Source of the DNA: a virus
Taxonomy: Duplodnaviria; Heunggongvirae; Uroviricota; Caudoviricetes
Virus record (IMG/VR): IMGVR_UViG_3300032007_003791
Length of the DNA stretch: 64,000 bases
Strand: one strand, 5' to 3'
Position 1 is the stretch's first letter. The number at the start of each line of letters is the position of its first letter. The translations under genes and the position numbers were made by a program. Of the stretch, positions 28,401-36,872 are shown in pieces. Under the pieces are notes generated by a model that was not told where the DNA came from, searched no databases, and saw only the letters and a list, made by a program, of their open reading frames with translations.

Positions 28401-28597
28401 CAAGCCCAGGCTGATCAGCTCCAGTGATAAGGCTCATGCCTTTGGATATGTGGCCGGGAGAGGGTGTGTGTCATTTGTTTTGCTTATCACCCTTTCCGCC
28501 CGGAAGGTGTTCCTTTCGGGGCCCCATCGGAGCGTTCAAGCGTGCTGTGCGAAGGGCGCTTTGGGCCCGAAATCACATCACGCTCAGGCTTGTAGCG

Positions 28598-28781
28598 AAA
28601 AAAGCCCTTCCAGAACCATGGCTCTGGAAGGGATTGGGGATAATGGGGAGGAAAGGAACGGGAAGCCGGGGCCCCGTTTCACGGGGAAGGCATGGGGAGG
28701 AAAGGGCGGGACGGGCGAAAAGGGGACGTTATAGTACGTTCAATTTAATCCGAAATAGTTATTTCCGAAACCACCGTTTCG
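28598..28781 (-). ncRNA. Candidate CU-rich small RNA of about 180 nt
   Basis: Minus-strand TATATTTG box at 28788-28795; terminator CCCTTCCAGA/TCTGGAAGGG plus T6 at 28598-28632; two copies of CCTTTCCTCCCCAT; no credible ORF. Confidence 0.45.
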
Positions 28782-28863
28782 CAACTGCAAATATATATCG
28801 AGAAAATGACATTTACAACTCCAAGGCTATAGTAATTTGTGTGGAAGGGAGGGGCGGAGGAGG

Positions 28864-30504
28864 TCAAGGGTGTCCGATTCCGTTTCTTTTCTTGAATTCC
28901 AGTGAGTAGACCCTGTCGTTGGAATAGGTTGCGGGCCTGCCGTCGATTGTTTTCCAGTTTTTCAAGTAAAAGCCGCCCTTCTTTGCAAGGCCGCTGCACC
29001 GGCAGATTTCTTTCGCTTCAAAGTCAAGAACGAAGGAAACGGATTTTCCGTCGATGCTTCCGTGAAGGAGGAGGCCGGTTTCCTTTCCGATGGTCTTCAG
29101 CGGGAAGCGTTCCGTGAGCTGAATTCCGGGATACTGCTTCTTGATTCTTTCCGTCGCCGTCTCCTCGAAGGTTTTACCGACGGGCTCTTCATCAACGGCA
29201 GGGACGGGAATGTTCACCGTCGCCTTTTTGGGGAAAACAGACCTGGTTTGCGCCAGAGCCCATTCGAAACGTTCCGAGAATCTCTCCTGTTCGGCAGGTG
29301 GTATCCTTACGTTCTTTGCGACCTGGCGCCACTGCTCGACAGCCCCGGTAACCTCTTCGACGATCTCCTCCGCTTCTTTCTTTGACAGCAGGTAGTAATC
29401 GGAAGAGTCGTAGAGTTCCTTGACGGAGGATTGGTTCGAATACGGGGATATGGCAAGAACCTGCGTCCTTTCGAGGGAGGGATTCAGGTCGTATGCCGGC
29501 GAGAGCTCCCAGCCGTCCGGACGCAGAAGGAAGCCATGGTTGCGGAAGTGGTCGTCGTGATTCCCGATAAGGATGTTATATACGATTCTCCGGAAGAGTT
29601 CGCTCGTGTTGCGGGAAAGGTTGTTGATGCCGAAGTCTCCCGCCATTGCGTCTGCGATATCGATATATCCTTTCCCGTCGGTTGCGCCTGCTCCGTCCCT
29701 GAACCCTGTAAGGGTAAGCGAGGAGGCGAAGTGAATCCGCTTGTCAGCATCCCTGTCGAAGCGTTTTGACAGCAGGGTATGATAGGGGGTGGGCCCGGCC
29801 CTTAGAACGCGCGACTCGGCAGTCTTTATCCCGGCCTTCTTTGCGAGGGTGCATGCAAAATGTTCCCAGAGTCCGATATTATATGTGTCTTTCACCGAAG
29901 GTATTTTGGCTATCAGGAGGCTTCCGTCCGTGTCGATGATGTTCAGTTTGGGCCGGGCTCCTCCGAGCGATGAACCGTGCTTCCATAGGTTCTTGAGCCA
30001 TGTTTCCTGGATTGGCTGGTTCTTTCTCTCTGCTTTCTCGATCAGATGTGCTTCCCGGATGAAGGTCTCCAGCTCGGCGATAGGTGGGACGTTCTCCTGG
30101 CCGTTGTCCTGGCCGAGGTATTTCCCGTTATGTTTTAGGCGGAGAGCGCCCATGCGGGAAAAGTCGTCAATGCGGACAAGGTACCCGAAATCGTCGAAGG
30201 TCCGCGGCAGCCTCCGGTCCTTCTTCGCGTCCATGTGTTCCTTCTTGTCGATAAGGGCGCGTCCCCACCTGTCGGGAAGGGCGTCTCCGAGGAAGGAAAA
30301 AAGGTTTCCGGATGCGGCCTGCACGCCAAGGAAGCGTCCGATGTCTGTAGAGAGGTTTACCTTGGGAAATGCACTGAGAAAAGCCTTCTCGTAGGAAAAG
30401 CGGTAGGAAGCGTTCCCTTTTACTCTTTCATACTCCAGGGTTCCCACCTTGGTTTCTTTGCAGAGAAAGTCGAATGCTGCGAGTATTTCAATCGAATACA
30501 TCAT
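28864..30504 (-). CDS. hipA: HipA-family kinase toxin with a C-terminal extension
   Basis: GSSLGGARPK, LIAKIPS, LLSKRFDR, IGNHDDHFRNHGF, LSPAYDLNP; about 120 extra C-terminal residues. Confidence 0.92.
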   Translation of the reverse strand: MMYSIEILAAFDFLCKETKVGTLEYERVKGNASYRFSYEKAFLSAFPKVNLSTDIGRFLGVQAASGNLFSFLGDALPDRWGRALIDKKEHMDAKKDRRLPRTFDDFGYLVRIDDFSRMGALRLKHNGKYLGQDNGQENVPPIAELETFIREAHLIEKAERKNQPIQETWLKNLWKHGSSLGGARPKLNIIDTDGSLLIAKIPSVKDTYNIGLWEHFACTLAKKAGIKTAESRVLRAGPTPYHTLLSKRFDRDADKRIHFASSLTLTGFRDGAGATDGKGYIDIADAMAGDFGINNLSRNTSELFRRIVYNILIGNHDDHFRNHGFLLRPDGWELSPAYDLNPSLERTQVLAISPYSNQSSVKELYDSSDYYLLSKKEAEEIVEEVTGAVEQWRQVAKNVRIPPAEQERFSERFEWALAQTRSVFPKKATVNIPVPAVDEEPVGKTFEETATERIKKQYPGIQLTERFPLKTIGKETGLLLHGSIDGKSVSFVLDFEAKEICRCSGLAKKGGFYLKNWKTIDGRPATYSNDRVYSLEFKKRNGIGHP

Positions 30505-30823
30505 ATTCTTCGTCGTTTTTCTCGTTTTTCCTCATCAGTTTCGCGTTCACGAGTGCTTGTCCCGCTTCATCTTTTTGTGCGAGAAGGAGTATATCCTCGT
30601 CGAGTCCGAGAGCATACAGCACCCGTGCGTATATTCCTATTGATACAGTCGGGGTGCCTTTCTCGACACGCATAAGCGTAAGCTTGGTGCATTGTGCGCG
30701 TTCGGCAACCGCTTCCAGCGACAGAGAGCGCCTCTTGCGGGCGAGCTTGATTTGCTCTCCAGCTGTTTCGAGATTCCGCTGAACTTTCCTTGGAAGGACC
30801 ATTGCCTTTGAGTGTTTAGTCAT
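30488..30823 (-). CDS. hipB: HipB-like XRE-family HTH antitoxin
   Basis: GEQIKLARKRRSLSLEAVAERAQCTKLTLMRVEKG HTH; overlaps the hipA start; -7 box at 30844-30851. Confidence 0.88.
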   Translation of the reverse strand: MTKHSKAMVLPRKVQRNLETAGEQIKLARKRRSLSLEAVAERAQCTKLTLMRVEKGTPTVSIGIYARVLYALGLDEDILLLAQKDEAGQALVNAKLMRKNEKNDEEYDVFD

Positions 30824-31036
30824 CTTGTTTCATTTTGATTTTACAAATATAGTAATTTGTTTCATTATAATGAAATAAGTGGATATATTATTCCAACCAC
30901 ATTTTGCAATGTGGGACCTTGACACGACAGAGGAGAGGCAAGGTCGTTTCCAACCACCCCCCTCCTTTCAGAGATAATGGACAATTCGGTTTTGGATATG
31001 TTTTCCAACCTTATTTTGCGGATTGTCGGAAAAATT

Positions 31037-31069
31037 AAAAGGGGCAATCCCGGATGGAACTGCCCCTTT
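31037..31069 (-). terminator. Intrinsic terminator after the histone-like gene
   Basis: AAAGGGGCA/TGCCCCTTT stem with an adjacent A-tract. Confidence 0.6.
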
Positions 31070-31096
31070 GCGTAGTTTGGATGCCCTAATGGAGTT

Positions 31097-31270
31097 CTAC
31101 TTATCGGCCTCGATAGAGGCTTTGCGGAATTCTTTCAGGTCCTTCATGAGGGCCAGGGCTGTCTTGCGGGCGCGTGCGCCTGCGGCTTTGTTACCTTTGG
31201 TTAGCTGTGCTTCGGCGTCTTTGGCGAAGTCCTGGTACTCGGCGTTGATTTTTTCGATGAGTTCTTTCAT
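31097..31270 (-). CDS. Histone H1-like (Hc1-type) small nucleoid protein, 57 aa
   Basis: Translated by hand: MKELIEKINAEYQDFAKDAEAQLTKGNKAAGARARKTALALMKDLKEFRKASIEADK; GNKAAGxRARK signature. Confidence 0.85.
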   Translation of the reverse strand: MKELIEKINAEYQDFAKDAEAQLTKGNKAAGARARKTALALMKDLKEFRKASIEADK

Positions 31271-31305
31271 TTTTTTGATGTATTAAGATGTTAAACAAAA
31301 AGGTG

Positions 31306-32259
31306 TTAGATGGAATTCTTCTTTTCGATTTTTTCGGCAAACCAGTCATGGATCAGTTTGTCATCGATGACCGTTGACCACTGGTCGGGGTATTTCTTGC
31401 AGGTTCTTTGCCAGGGGGTTCCTCCTGAGCGGTGTTTTTCCGATGTCTTGGTGATACCCTTCTCCGCTATGGCGGCGAGGATGCCTTTCATCATCTCCGC
31501 GAGGGTGGGGTGTTCCTTCTCGAGGTGGGAGGCGCAAGCCTGCCCGTTGGATTCCCACTCGGTCATTTTATTATATGCCCTTGCGAAGGCGACGCCGTAC
31601 CGCCACATCTGCGGATGCTCGGCGGTGAGCCGGGTGTTGCGCTGGGCGAGGAGATGGCCGTAAGCGAGGTAGAGGGCGAGCATGACAAGGTTCACGGACC
31701 ATTTCTTGTTCCGGTTGAGTTCCTTATCCAGTCCCGTCCACCACCAGGTGAGGGCTGCGGCGATGTTCACGGAGTCCATTCCGAGCTCGATGAAGCCGTC
31801 TTCGCTCCTGGGAAGCATTCGTGCTTTCTCGCGTTCGCTGAGCACGGGTTCGTCCCCTGCAGGAGGGAGGTCATCGATATCGTTCCCGTCCGTCGTATCA
31901 GCATGACCCGCCTTTTCATCCTTCACCTCCTCTTTTGAACTACCGTCAGGTATAGTAGAAGAGGAGGAAGGTTCATTCATGCTGGACACCGTCTGCAGAT
32001 GGGAGACGACCTTGTTCTCTTCGGAGATTTTATTAAGGTAGTCTTCCGCCACTATGCTGGAGAGGGCGAGCTTGCTTCGACGGGGCCTCTGCTCACTGTT
32101 GCCAGTTTCCGCGTCAGCCCCGTTGAGCTTGCGGGTGATAAATTTTTCGTTAAGCCTTGATACGAACATCCCGGCCACTGCGGGCTCGGATTCGGTCTCA
32201 CCGTTTATCCATGCCAGCACGGTTTCGAAGTTCGCAACGGTCAGGATGTCGTTTTGCAT
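31306..32259 (-). CDS. Protein with a C-terminal Panacea (DUF4065/SocA-like) antitoxin-like domain
   Basis: LALYLAYGHLLA..RLTAEHPQMWRYGVAF..YNK and HRSGGTPW...IDDKLIHDWF follow the DUF4065 pattern; long disordered N-terminus. Confidence 0.65.
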   Translation of the reverse strand: MQNDILTVANFETVLAWINGETESEPAVAGMFVSRLNEKFITRKLNGADAETGNSEQRPRRSKLALSSIVAEDYLNKISEENKVVSHLQTVSSMNEPSSSSTIPDGSSKEEVKDEKAGHADTTDGNDIDDLPPAGDEPVLSEREKARMLPRSEDGFIELGMDSVNIAAALTWWWTGLDKELNRNKKWSVNLVMLALYLAYGHLLAQRNTRLTAEHPQMWRYGVAFARAYNKMTEWESNGQACASHLEKEHPTLAEMMKGILAAIAEKGITKTSEKHRSGGTPWQRTCKKYPDQWSTVIDDKLIHDWFAEKIEKKNSI

Positions 32260-32274
32260 ATTGTCAGTTGTTTT

Positions 32275-33153
32275 TTAATTTTTAGGGGACAGGACCAGGC
32301 TTACTTTCCCGGTGTATGTCTTGCCGGATTTGGACGTTACCTCCGTATTGAGTGTAAGCATAATCTGATTGCTTCCGAGTCCGGGACTGAGGTTGACCTG
32401 ACCATCGGCCTTGCCGGAGAAGATTGCAACTCCGCTTGACCCGTCAAGTGTATAAGACAGTGCTCCGTCTTCGGAAAGGGTGATTGGTCCTGCGATAGGT
32501 GTTCGTCCCATAAAGACCACCGCGATGGTTTTGGACAGCGTGACGTTGATTTCGCTTACCACATACCCTTCGAATTCTTCATGCCTCAGGTTGACGTTCG
32601 CTTTCTCCTCGAGTTCTTTCAGTAGGGAAGGGATGTCACAGCCGTCCTTGACGACACCTACGGCTTTCCCGTCGTCGAACCTGACGGACACGTCGGTCTT
32701 GTCTACTTTCCATGCCCTGGCGATTGTTGTGTAGAAGTCGTTTGCAGGGTATTTTTCAGCTTCTGTATAGTTGACGACGATCGTGTCTTCGGTTGTCTGG
32801 ATATTGATTTGGTTTCCTGTTACCGTAATGGTGCCAAAGCCATTCAGTGTATAGATGTTATTGTTCACCGTATAGGTCCCATGGATGTACTGGACATGAA
32901 CGTTGTCGGCTTTCACTGCGAGGGGACCCGTTTCGAACACCTGCTGACATACGATGTAACGTCCGCTTTCGGTGAACTCGACGGATTTGAGGCCGGGGTT
33001 CTGGTCGGAATCCATGATGACCAGTTTCTTGGCCTGGTCCGTGTATTCGGCTGCCGGGATGTTGACTGTTGCTGCAGGTTGGGTTGTTTTGTTGCAGGAG
33101 TTAAGCAGCACGAGTGTTATGATAGCAGCGAGGAAAAGGATAATTTTTTTCAT
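32275..33153 (-). CDS. Hypothetical lipoprotein
   Basis: Lipobox LNSC; beta-rich. Confidence 0.7.
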   Translation of the reverse strand: MKKIILFLAAIITLVLLNSCNKTTQPAATVNIPAAEYTDQAKKLVIMDSDQNPGLKSVEFTESGRYIVCQQVFETGPLAVKADNVHVQYIHGTYTVNNNIYTLNGFGTITVTGNQINIQTTEDTIVVNYTEAEKYPANDFYTTIARAWKVDKTDVSVRFDDGKAVGVVKDGCDIPSLLKELEEKANVNLRHEEFEGYVVSEINVTLSKTIAVVFMGRTPIAGPITLSEDGALSYTLDGSSGVAIFSGKADGQVNLSPGLGSNQIMLTLNTEVTSKSGKTYTGKVSLVLSPKN

Positions 33154-33175
33154 GCTTGTTTTCTGTTTTTGCGTT

Positions 33176-33210
33176 AAAAGGAAGTGGGGACCGCTGTGCG
33201 GCCCCCACGG
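33176..33210 (-). terminator. Intrinsic terminator after the SSB-like gene
   Basis: Minus strand GTGGGGGCCGC-ACA-GCGGTCCCCAC followed by TTCCTTTT. Confidence 0.65.
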
Positions 33211-33222
33211 TTGATGTGGCTC

Positions 33223-33642
33223 TTACCAGTCTTCGGTCTGGGCCTGTGCGCCGCCCTGGGGCTGTCCACCGTTCTGGAACTCGCGCGGGGCCTCGCCTGC
33301 GGGGGCGTTCTGGTCGCGGACCTCGAACTCGAACTCCTTGAGGTTGCCGAGGATGGGGGTCTTCTCGTTCAGGGCTTCGCCGCTGAGACCATAGGTCTGG
33401 CGGTTGACCTTGCCGACATTGGCCTTGACCATGAAGGCGTTGCCGTACTGGTTGTTCGGCGTGGGCTTCACTTCGATGTCGAGGTTGATGACTTTGGTTC
33501 CGTCCTCCTTTTTGGAGAAGTAGATGGCGGGGTTGTCCGCACCGACGGGGATGAAGATGCCCTTCATTCCTTCGTGGACGATGGTCTTGTGGACGAGGGC
33601 GGTCAGGCTCACAGAGCCGAGGTAAGTTTTACGTTTTGCCAT
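33223..33642 (-). CDS. Putative phage-type ssDNA-binding protein
   Basis: LGSVSL...GTKVINLDIEV...YGN.FMVK...PILGNLKEF pattern and flexible acidic tail ending EDW; next to SSAP/exonuclease; -7 box at 33699-33706. Confidence 0.55.
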   Translation of the reverse strand: MAKRKTYLGSVSLTALVHKTIVHEGMKGIFIPVGADNPAIYFSKKEDGTKVINLDIEVKPTPNNQYGNAFMVKANVGKVNRQTYGLSGEALNEKTPILGNLKEFEFEVRDQNAPAGEAPREFQNGGQPQGGAQAQTEDW

Positions 33643-33742
33643 AATTTTAAAGCTTTAAAATGGTTATGAATTTTTGTTAAAAGATTGAATATTCGTTACA
33701 AAGGTAATGAATTTTAATAAAAACACAAATCTTTTTGTGCTT

Positions 33743-34765
33743 TTAGAGTACTTTGAAGACCCGTGGCCCCTTGGTGACGTTGTTGTATTTGTCCCAGGTC
33801 TGGCGGTCAAAGGTCTTCAGCTCGTCGGTATCGAGTACTTCGGTGGTGTATTTTTTGTACAGTTTCGGTTGCTCGTTCTGGAACCGCTGTGTGTCAAAGA
33901 CATTCTTGCGGTTGTGTTTGTAGGTAATGAGCGTATGACGCGTACCGTCGGGAGCATACTTGACGAAGTATTCTCCGTCCTGTATCTTGGCTTTCAGCGT
34001 GGCTGCAAGCTGCGATTGCTCCTTCTGTTTTTCGTTGATGCTTTCGGTGAGCTCCTTGTATTGTTCCACGAGGAGTTCGTCCTGGTCGCTGGCGGCAATG
34101 TACTTGTCTTTCTGGGCTTCCGGCCAGAGGAGCGACGTGTCTTGCTCGTCGGTGGCTTCCGGTTCGATACGTTTGAGGATGTTTGTGTTCCAGAACTCGT
34201 CGAGTTTCGCTTCAAGGGTCTTGTAGAAGGCCTCGTTGAAGGTCACCCATGTGTGTCCGAAACCCAGTTTCGGAAGGGCGGTCACCCAGGCTACGGCTGC
34301 CATCTTGACGCCCATCACGCCCATTTGGTATTGTACCTGACAGTACCAGTAGAGTGGGATGTTGTCCGGGTCCACGACTTTGTTCGTGGATTTCAGTTCG
34401 AGGATGAGCGCGTTTTCCGGTTTGTGCTCAACGTTGGGGAGCCAGAACAGACGGTCGGGACTTACCCTCAGCCAGGGTTTCTGGTCGGATACGGCCAGCC
34501 AGTCGTTAGCCGTGGTGGGGTCGACGTAGCTTCCTGTCACTGCGGCGAAGTACTCCGCCGTGGATGCTTCGAAGTAATGTCCGTTGCGCATGGCATCGGT
34601 CTCTTCGACGGGCGGGTCGATTCCCATCTTGAGTCTCCAGAGCCTGAGGGGCGTGGAGAAGGGGCTGACACCCATGATCGTTCCCGCGTCGGAGGAGCCG
34701 AGTCCTTTCTTGCGTTCAACGAGCCAGGCGTCGCGGTCCTTGGGTTTGACGATAGTGTATGACAT
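33743..34765 (-). CDS. YqaJ/lambda-exonuclease-family recombination nuclease
   Basis: WLVERKKGLGSSDAGTIMGVSPF, MRNGHYFE, VSPDRL, LELKST, YWYCQVQYQMGV. Confidence 0.92.
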   Translation of the reverse strand: MSYTIVKPKDRDAWLVERKKGLGSSDAGTIMGVSPFSTPLRLWRLKMGIDPPVEETDAMRNGHYFEASTAEYFAAVTGSYVDPTTANDWLAVSDQKPWLRVSPDRLFWLPNVEHKPENALILELKSTNKVVDPDNIPLYWYCQVQYQMGVMGVKMAAVAWVTALPKLGFGHTWVTFNEAFYKTLEAKLDEFWNTNILKRIEPEATDEQDTSLLWPEAQKDKYIAASDQDELLVEQYKELTESINEKQKEQSQLAATLKAKIQDGEYFVKYAPDGTRHTLITYKHNRKNVFDTQRFQNEQPKLYKKYTTEVLDTDELKTFDRQTWDKYNNVTKGPRVFKVL

Positions 34766-34779
34766 AGACTGTGATGGCT

Positions 34780-35451
34780 TTAAGCTGCGATGCGGCCTGC
34801 TGCCTTCAGGAGGGACATGAAGTCAGCATCAGAGATGTTGTACACTTTGCTGATGCGCTCCTTGATTTTCTCGTTGGAGTCGGAGCTGCCGGCTACCTTG
34901 GCGACGTTCGCGGCCCAGTTGCTGCTCTGCGGCGTGAGGGTTCGTTTGCTCTTCGGAGCCTCCTGTGCCGCTTCCTGCTGGTCGTACTTGGACTTGTCGC
35001 TGTTCCAGTAGACGTCCGCACCGATGCCGAGGGCCTTGCAGGCGACGCTGAGCGCGTCCGTGGTGGCTTTCTTGTAGCAGTCGTCATCGACGTACAGCTT
35101 GCCGGAGTTTTCCATGCGCTTGAAGGTACTGCCGCCGGTACCCGGGATGGCTTCGGACCACTGGCCGGTCTTCTCGTCCTTGATGAAGAGGTCGATGTCG
35201 ACGAATGCTGCAGCGTCCTTCTCGCCGACGGTCTCGATCCACTTCTTGGTGATGACGTACTTCCAGCCGAACCCGCACGGGCCGAACAGCTCCGTGAGCA
35301 TTTTGATACGCCACATGGGGTTGATGTCCGTCTTGCCGCGAAGGCGTCCTTCCTGGATGGTCTTGCATGCCGTCTCAGGGACGGCGCGGGTCTTTTCGTA
35401 AATCCTCATGTTCTCGGGGATTACGGTTGCATTGGTGTTTTCTTTTTCCAT
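34780..35451 (-). CDS. Rad52/Sak-like single-strand annealing protein
   Basis: TDINPMWRIKMLTELFGPCGFGWKY, IPGTGGS, DDDCYKKATTDALSVACKALGIGADVYW. Confidence 0.8.
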   Translation of the reverse strand: MEKENTNATVIPENMRIYEKTRAVPETACKTIQEGRLRGKTDINPMWRIKMLTELFGPCGFGWKYVITKKWIETVGEKDAAAFVDIDLFIKDEKTGQWSEAIPGTGGSTFKRMENSGKLYVDDDCYKKATTDALSVACKALGIGADVYWNSDKSKYDQQEAAQEAPKSKRTLTPQSSNWAANVAKVAGSSDSNEKIKERISKVYNISDADFMSLLKAAGRIAA

Positions 35452-35454
35452 AAG

Positions 35455-35784
35455 CTAGTTATAGTTAAGGGTTACCTGTTTTCCGGAGAAGTCTTTCCAG
35501 TCGTTTCTTTCGTTGACGATCAGCCACATCCCCTTGCGCGTGAATACGCGGTCGTTGACCATGAGGGAGAGGATGGTGTTCAGGAGACGTACCGTCTTGC
35601 GGCTCTTGTGTGCGTTGCCGTTGATGGTGATGGTCTTCTTTTCGTAGTCGGTTTCGATGCACGGCTGCCCGTGCAGCAGGACAGTGGCGAGTCCGTCCTT
35701 GATGACGCACTGCCGGTCGCGGGTGTCAACGTTCTTTTTGTTCTTGACGCCGTCCGCGATGAGTTCATTGAGTTTGTTATTCAT
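35455..35784 (-). CDS. Hypothetical protein
   Basis: 109-aa ORF, 3 bp from the SSAP start. Confidence 0.6.
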   Translation of the reverse strand: MNNKLNELIADGVKNKKNVDTRDRQCVIKDGLATVLLHGQPCIETDYEKKTITINGNAHKSRKTVRLLNTILSLMVNDRVFTRKGMWLIVNERNDWKDFSGKQVTLNYN

Positions 35785-36025
35785 GATTGTGCTTTTTTTG
35801 TTTGATTCCGTAGTATTCCATCATTGTGGTGACGGTGTTGTCATCGGGTTCGCCGTCAGGACAGTTTTCTATGATTGCGGCAACGCAGATGTCTTCTGCG
35901 TCGTTGATGACGCTTCCTATGGCTGTTCCTCCTCCCGTTTCCTTTTCGTAGGCCTGGATGACCTTGTACAGGGCTACGCTCTGGTGGAGTATGGATTCGG
36001 CGAGTTGTTGTGTCAGGCTGTCCAT
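35777..36025 (-). CDS. Hypothetical protein
   Basis: 82-aa ORF overlapping both neighbours as in an operon. Confidence 0.55.
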   Translation of the reverse strand: MDSLTQQLAESILHQSVALYKVIQAYEKETGGGTAIGSVINDAEDICVAAIIENCPDGEPDDNTVTTMMEYYGIKQKKHNHE

Positions 36026-36255
36026 AGGCGTCCTTTCTTAATCTGGTCAGGGATATTCGTCTTGGATTCAATCTCCTGTCGGGTGACCACCACTCCGGAC
36101 GAGAACGAGGTGATGAGATATTTGTCGTTAGACAGCTTCAAAATCTTTTTGGTATAGGAGATACCGGGCACCAGTTTGACTCGGAAGACGCCTTTTCCGG
36201 CGTTCACGATTTCAAGGAGCTCGCTTACGGAGCTTACTTTCTTTTCTTTATTCAT
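36013..36255 (-). CDS. Hypothetical protein, 80 aa
   Basis: Start set at MNKEKKVSS (36255) after an A-rich leader. Confidence 0.55.
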   Translation of the reverse strand: MNKEKKVSSVSELLEIVNAGKGVFRVKLVPGISYTKKILKLSNDKYLITSFSSGVVVTRQEIESKTNIPDQIKKGRLWTA

Positions 36256-36284
36256 TTTGTATTCTTTTTTACTGTTAATGTGGG

Positions 36285-36382
36285 TTGGCGGCTTTGAGCT
36301 AACTTGCAAATTTTTTTCCCCTGCGGGAATTCTATTCCCACAGGAGTGGGAAAAAGTTTGCAAATAAATAAGCTCAAGCCAA
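36285..36382. other. Long imperfect hairpin upstream of the recombination operon
   Basis: TTGGC/GCCAA, TTGAGCT/AGCTCAA, TTGCAAA/TTTGCAA, TTTTTCCC/GGGAAAAA, GGGAAT/ATTCCC. Confidence 0.75.
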
Positions 36383-36498
36383 ACGGAGGGTGACGACGCA
36401 GAAAAATCGACGCGACGCGGGAGCGGCGTGTACTATTTTTACTGCGGCGGAGCCCTCGCGGAGGGGCACGCGCCACGCGTGCGAAGTGTTTGTAAATA

Positions 36499-36572
36499 AC
36501 AAAAAACATTTTGTTTTTTGTAAAAAAAGTGTAACTTTGCAAAAAATAAGTTGCGTTTTTAGTTGCGTTTTT
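36499..36572 (+). promoter_or_regulatory. Promoter of the tra operon with operator-like repeats
   Basis: Inverted repeat ACAAAAAACA/TGTTTTTTGT (36499-36521); TAACTTTG (36532-36539); tandem AGTTGCGTTTTT x2 (36549-36572) abutting the ATG. Confidence 0.72.
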
Positions 36573-36857
36573 ATGGAGAAAAATAAAGTGGTCCAGTCAA
36601 AGGACGAGAAGGTTAAGAATTCGATGTTTACGAACTTTATGAGTCTTGGAAAAGATCGTGGGAAAAAGCGGAAGCGCGTATATTTTGATGCGGAATTCAT
36701 TTTTGAGTGCGTCAACGCGATTGCCGAACGTGAAGGGCGTACCAAGCGGTTTGTGATGCTTTCCCTGCTTGAGAGCGGATTGAAGAATAATGAACAGTTC
36801 CGGGAAACTTATGAGATGTTTTCTAAGGAATGGAAGACTCAGCATGCTGTCGACTAA
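36573..36857 (+). CDS. Ribbon-helix-helix-like DNA-binding protein, 94 aa
   Basis: KRVYFD strand, then EFIFECVNAIAEREG helix, RT turn, KRFVMLSLLESGL helix. Confidence 0.6.
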   Translation: MEKNKVVQSKDEKVKNSMFTNFMSLGKDRGKKRKRVYFDAEFIFECVNAIAEREGRTKRFVMLSLLESGLKNNEQFRETYEMFSKEWKTQHAVD

Positions 36858-36872
36858 TTTAACTTCATTTTT

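Noticed and set aside
26785-28437. 550-aa Cas12-like protein as listed in the ORF track
   Set aside because: The first 81 codons run through the IS left-end hairpin; a GTG start at 28194 gives a normal TnpB-family protein, and no CRISPR array is nearby.
33223-36255. Prophage
   Set aside because: No terminase, capsid, tail, lysis or integrase genes; the context is rep/iterons and tra genes.
36260-36570. Definite oriT/nic site here or at 26.2-26.6 kb
   Set aside because: No nic consensus I can recognise with confidence and no relaxase in the window; left as hypotheses.
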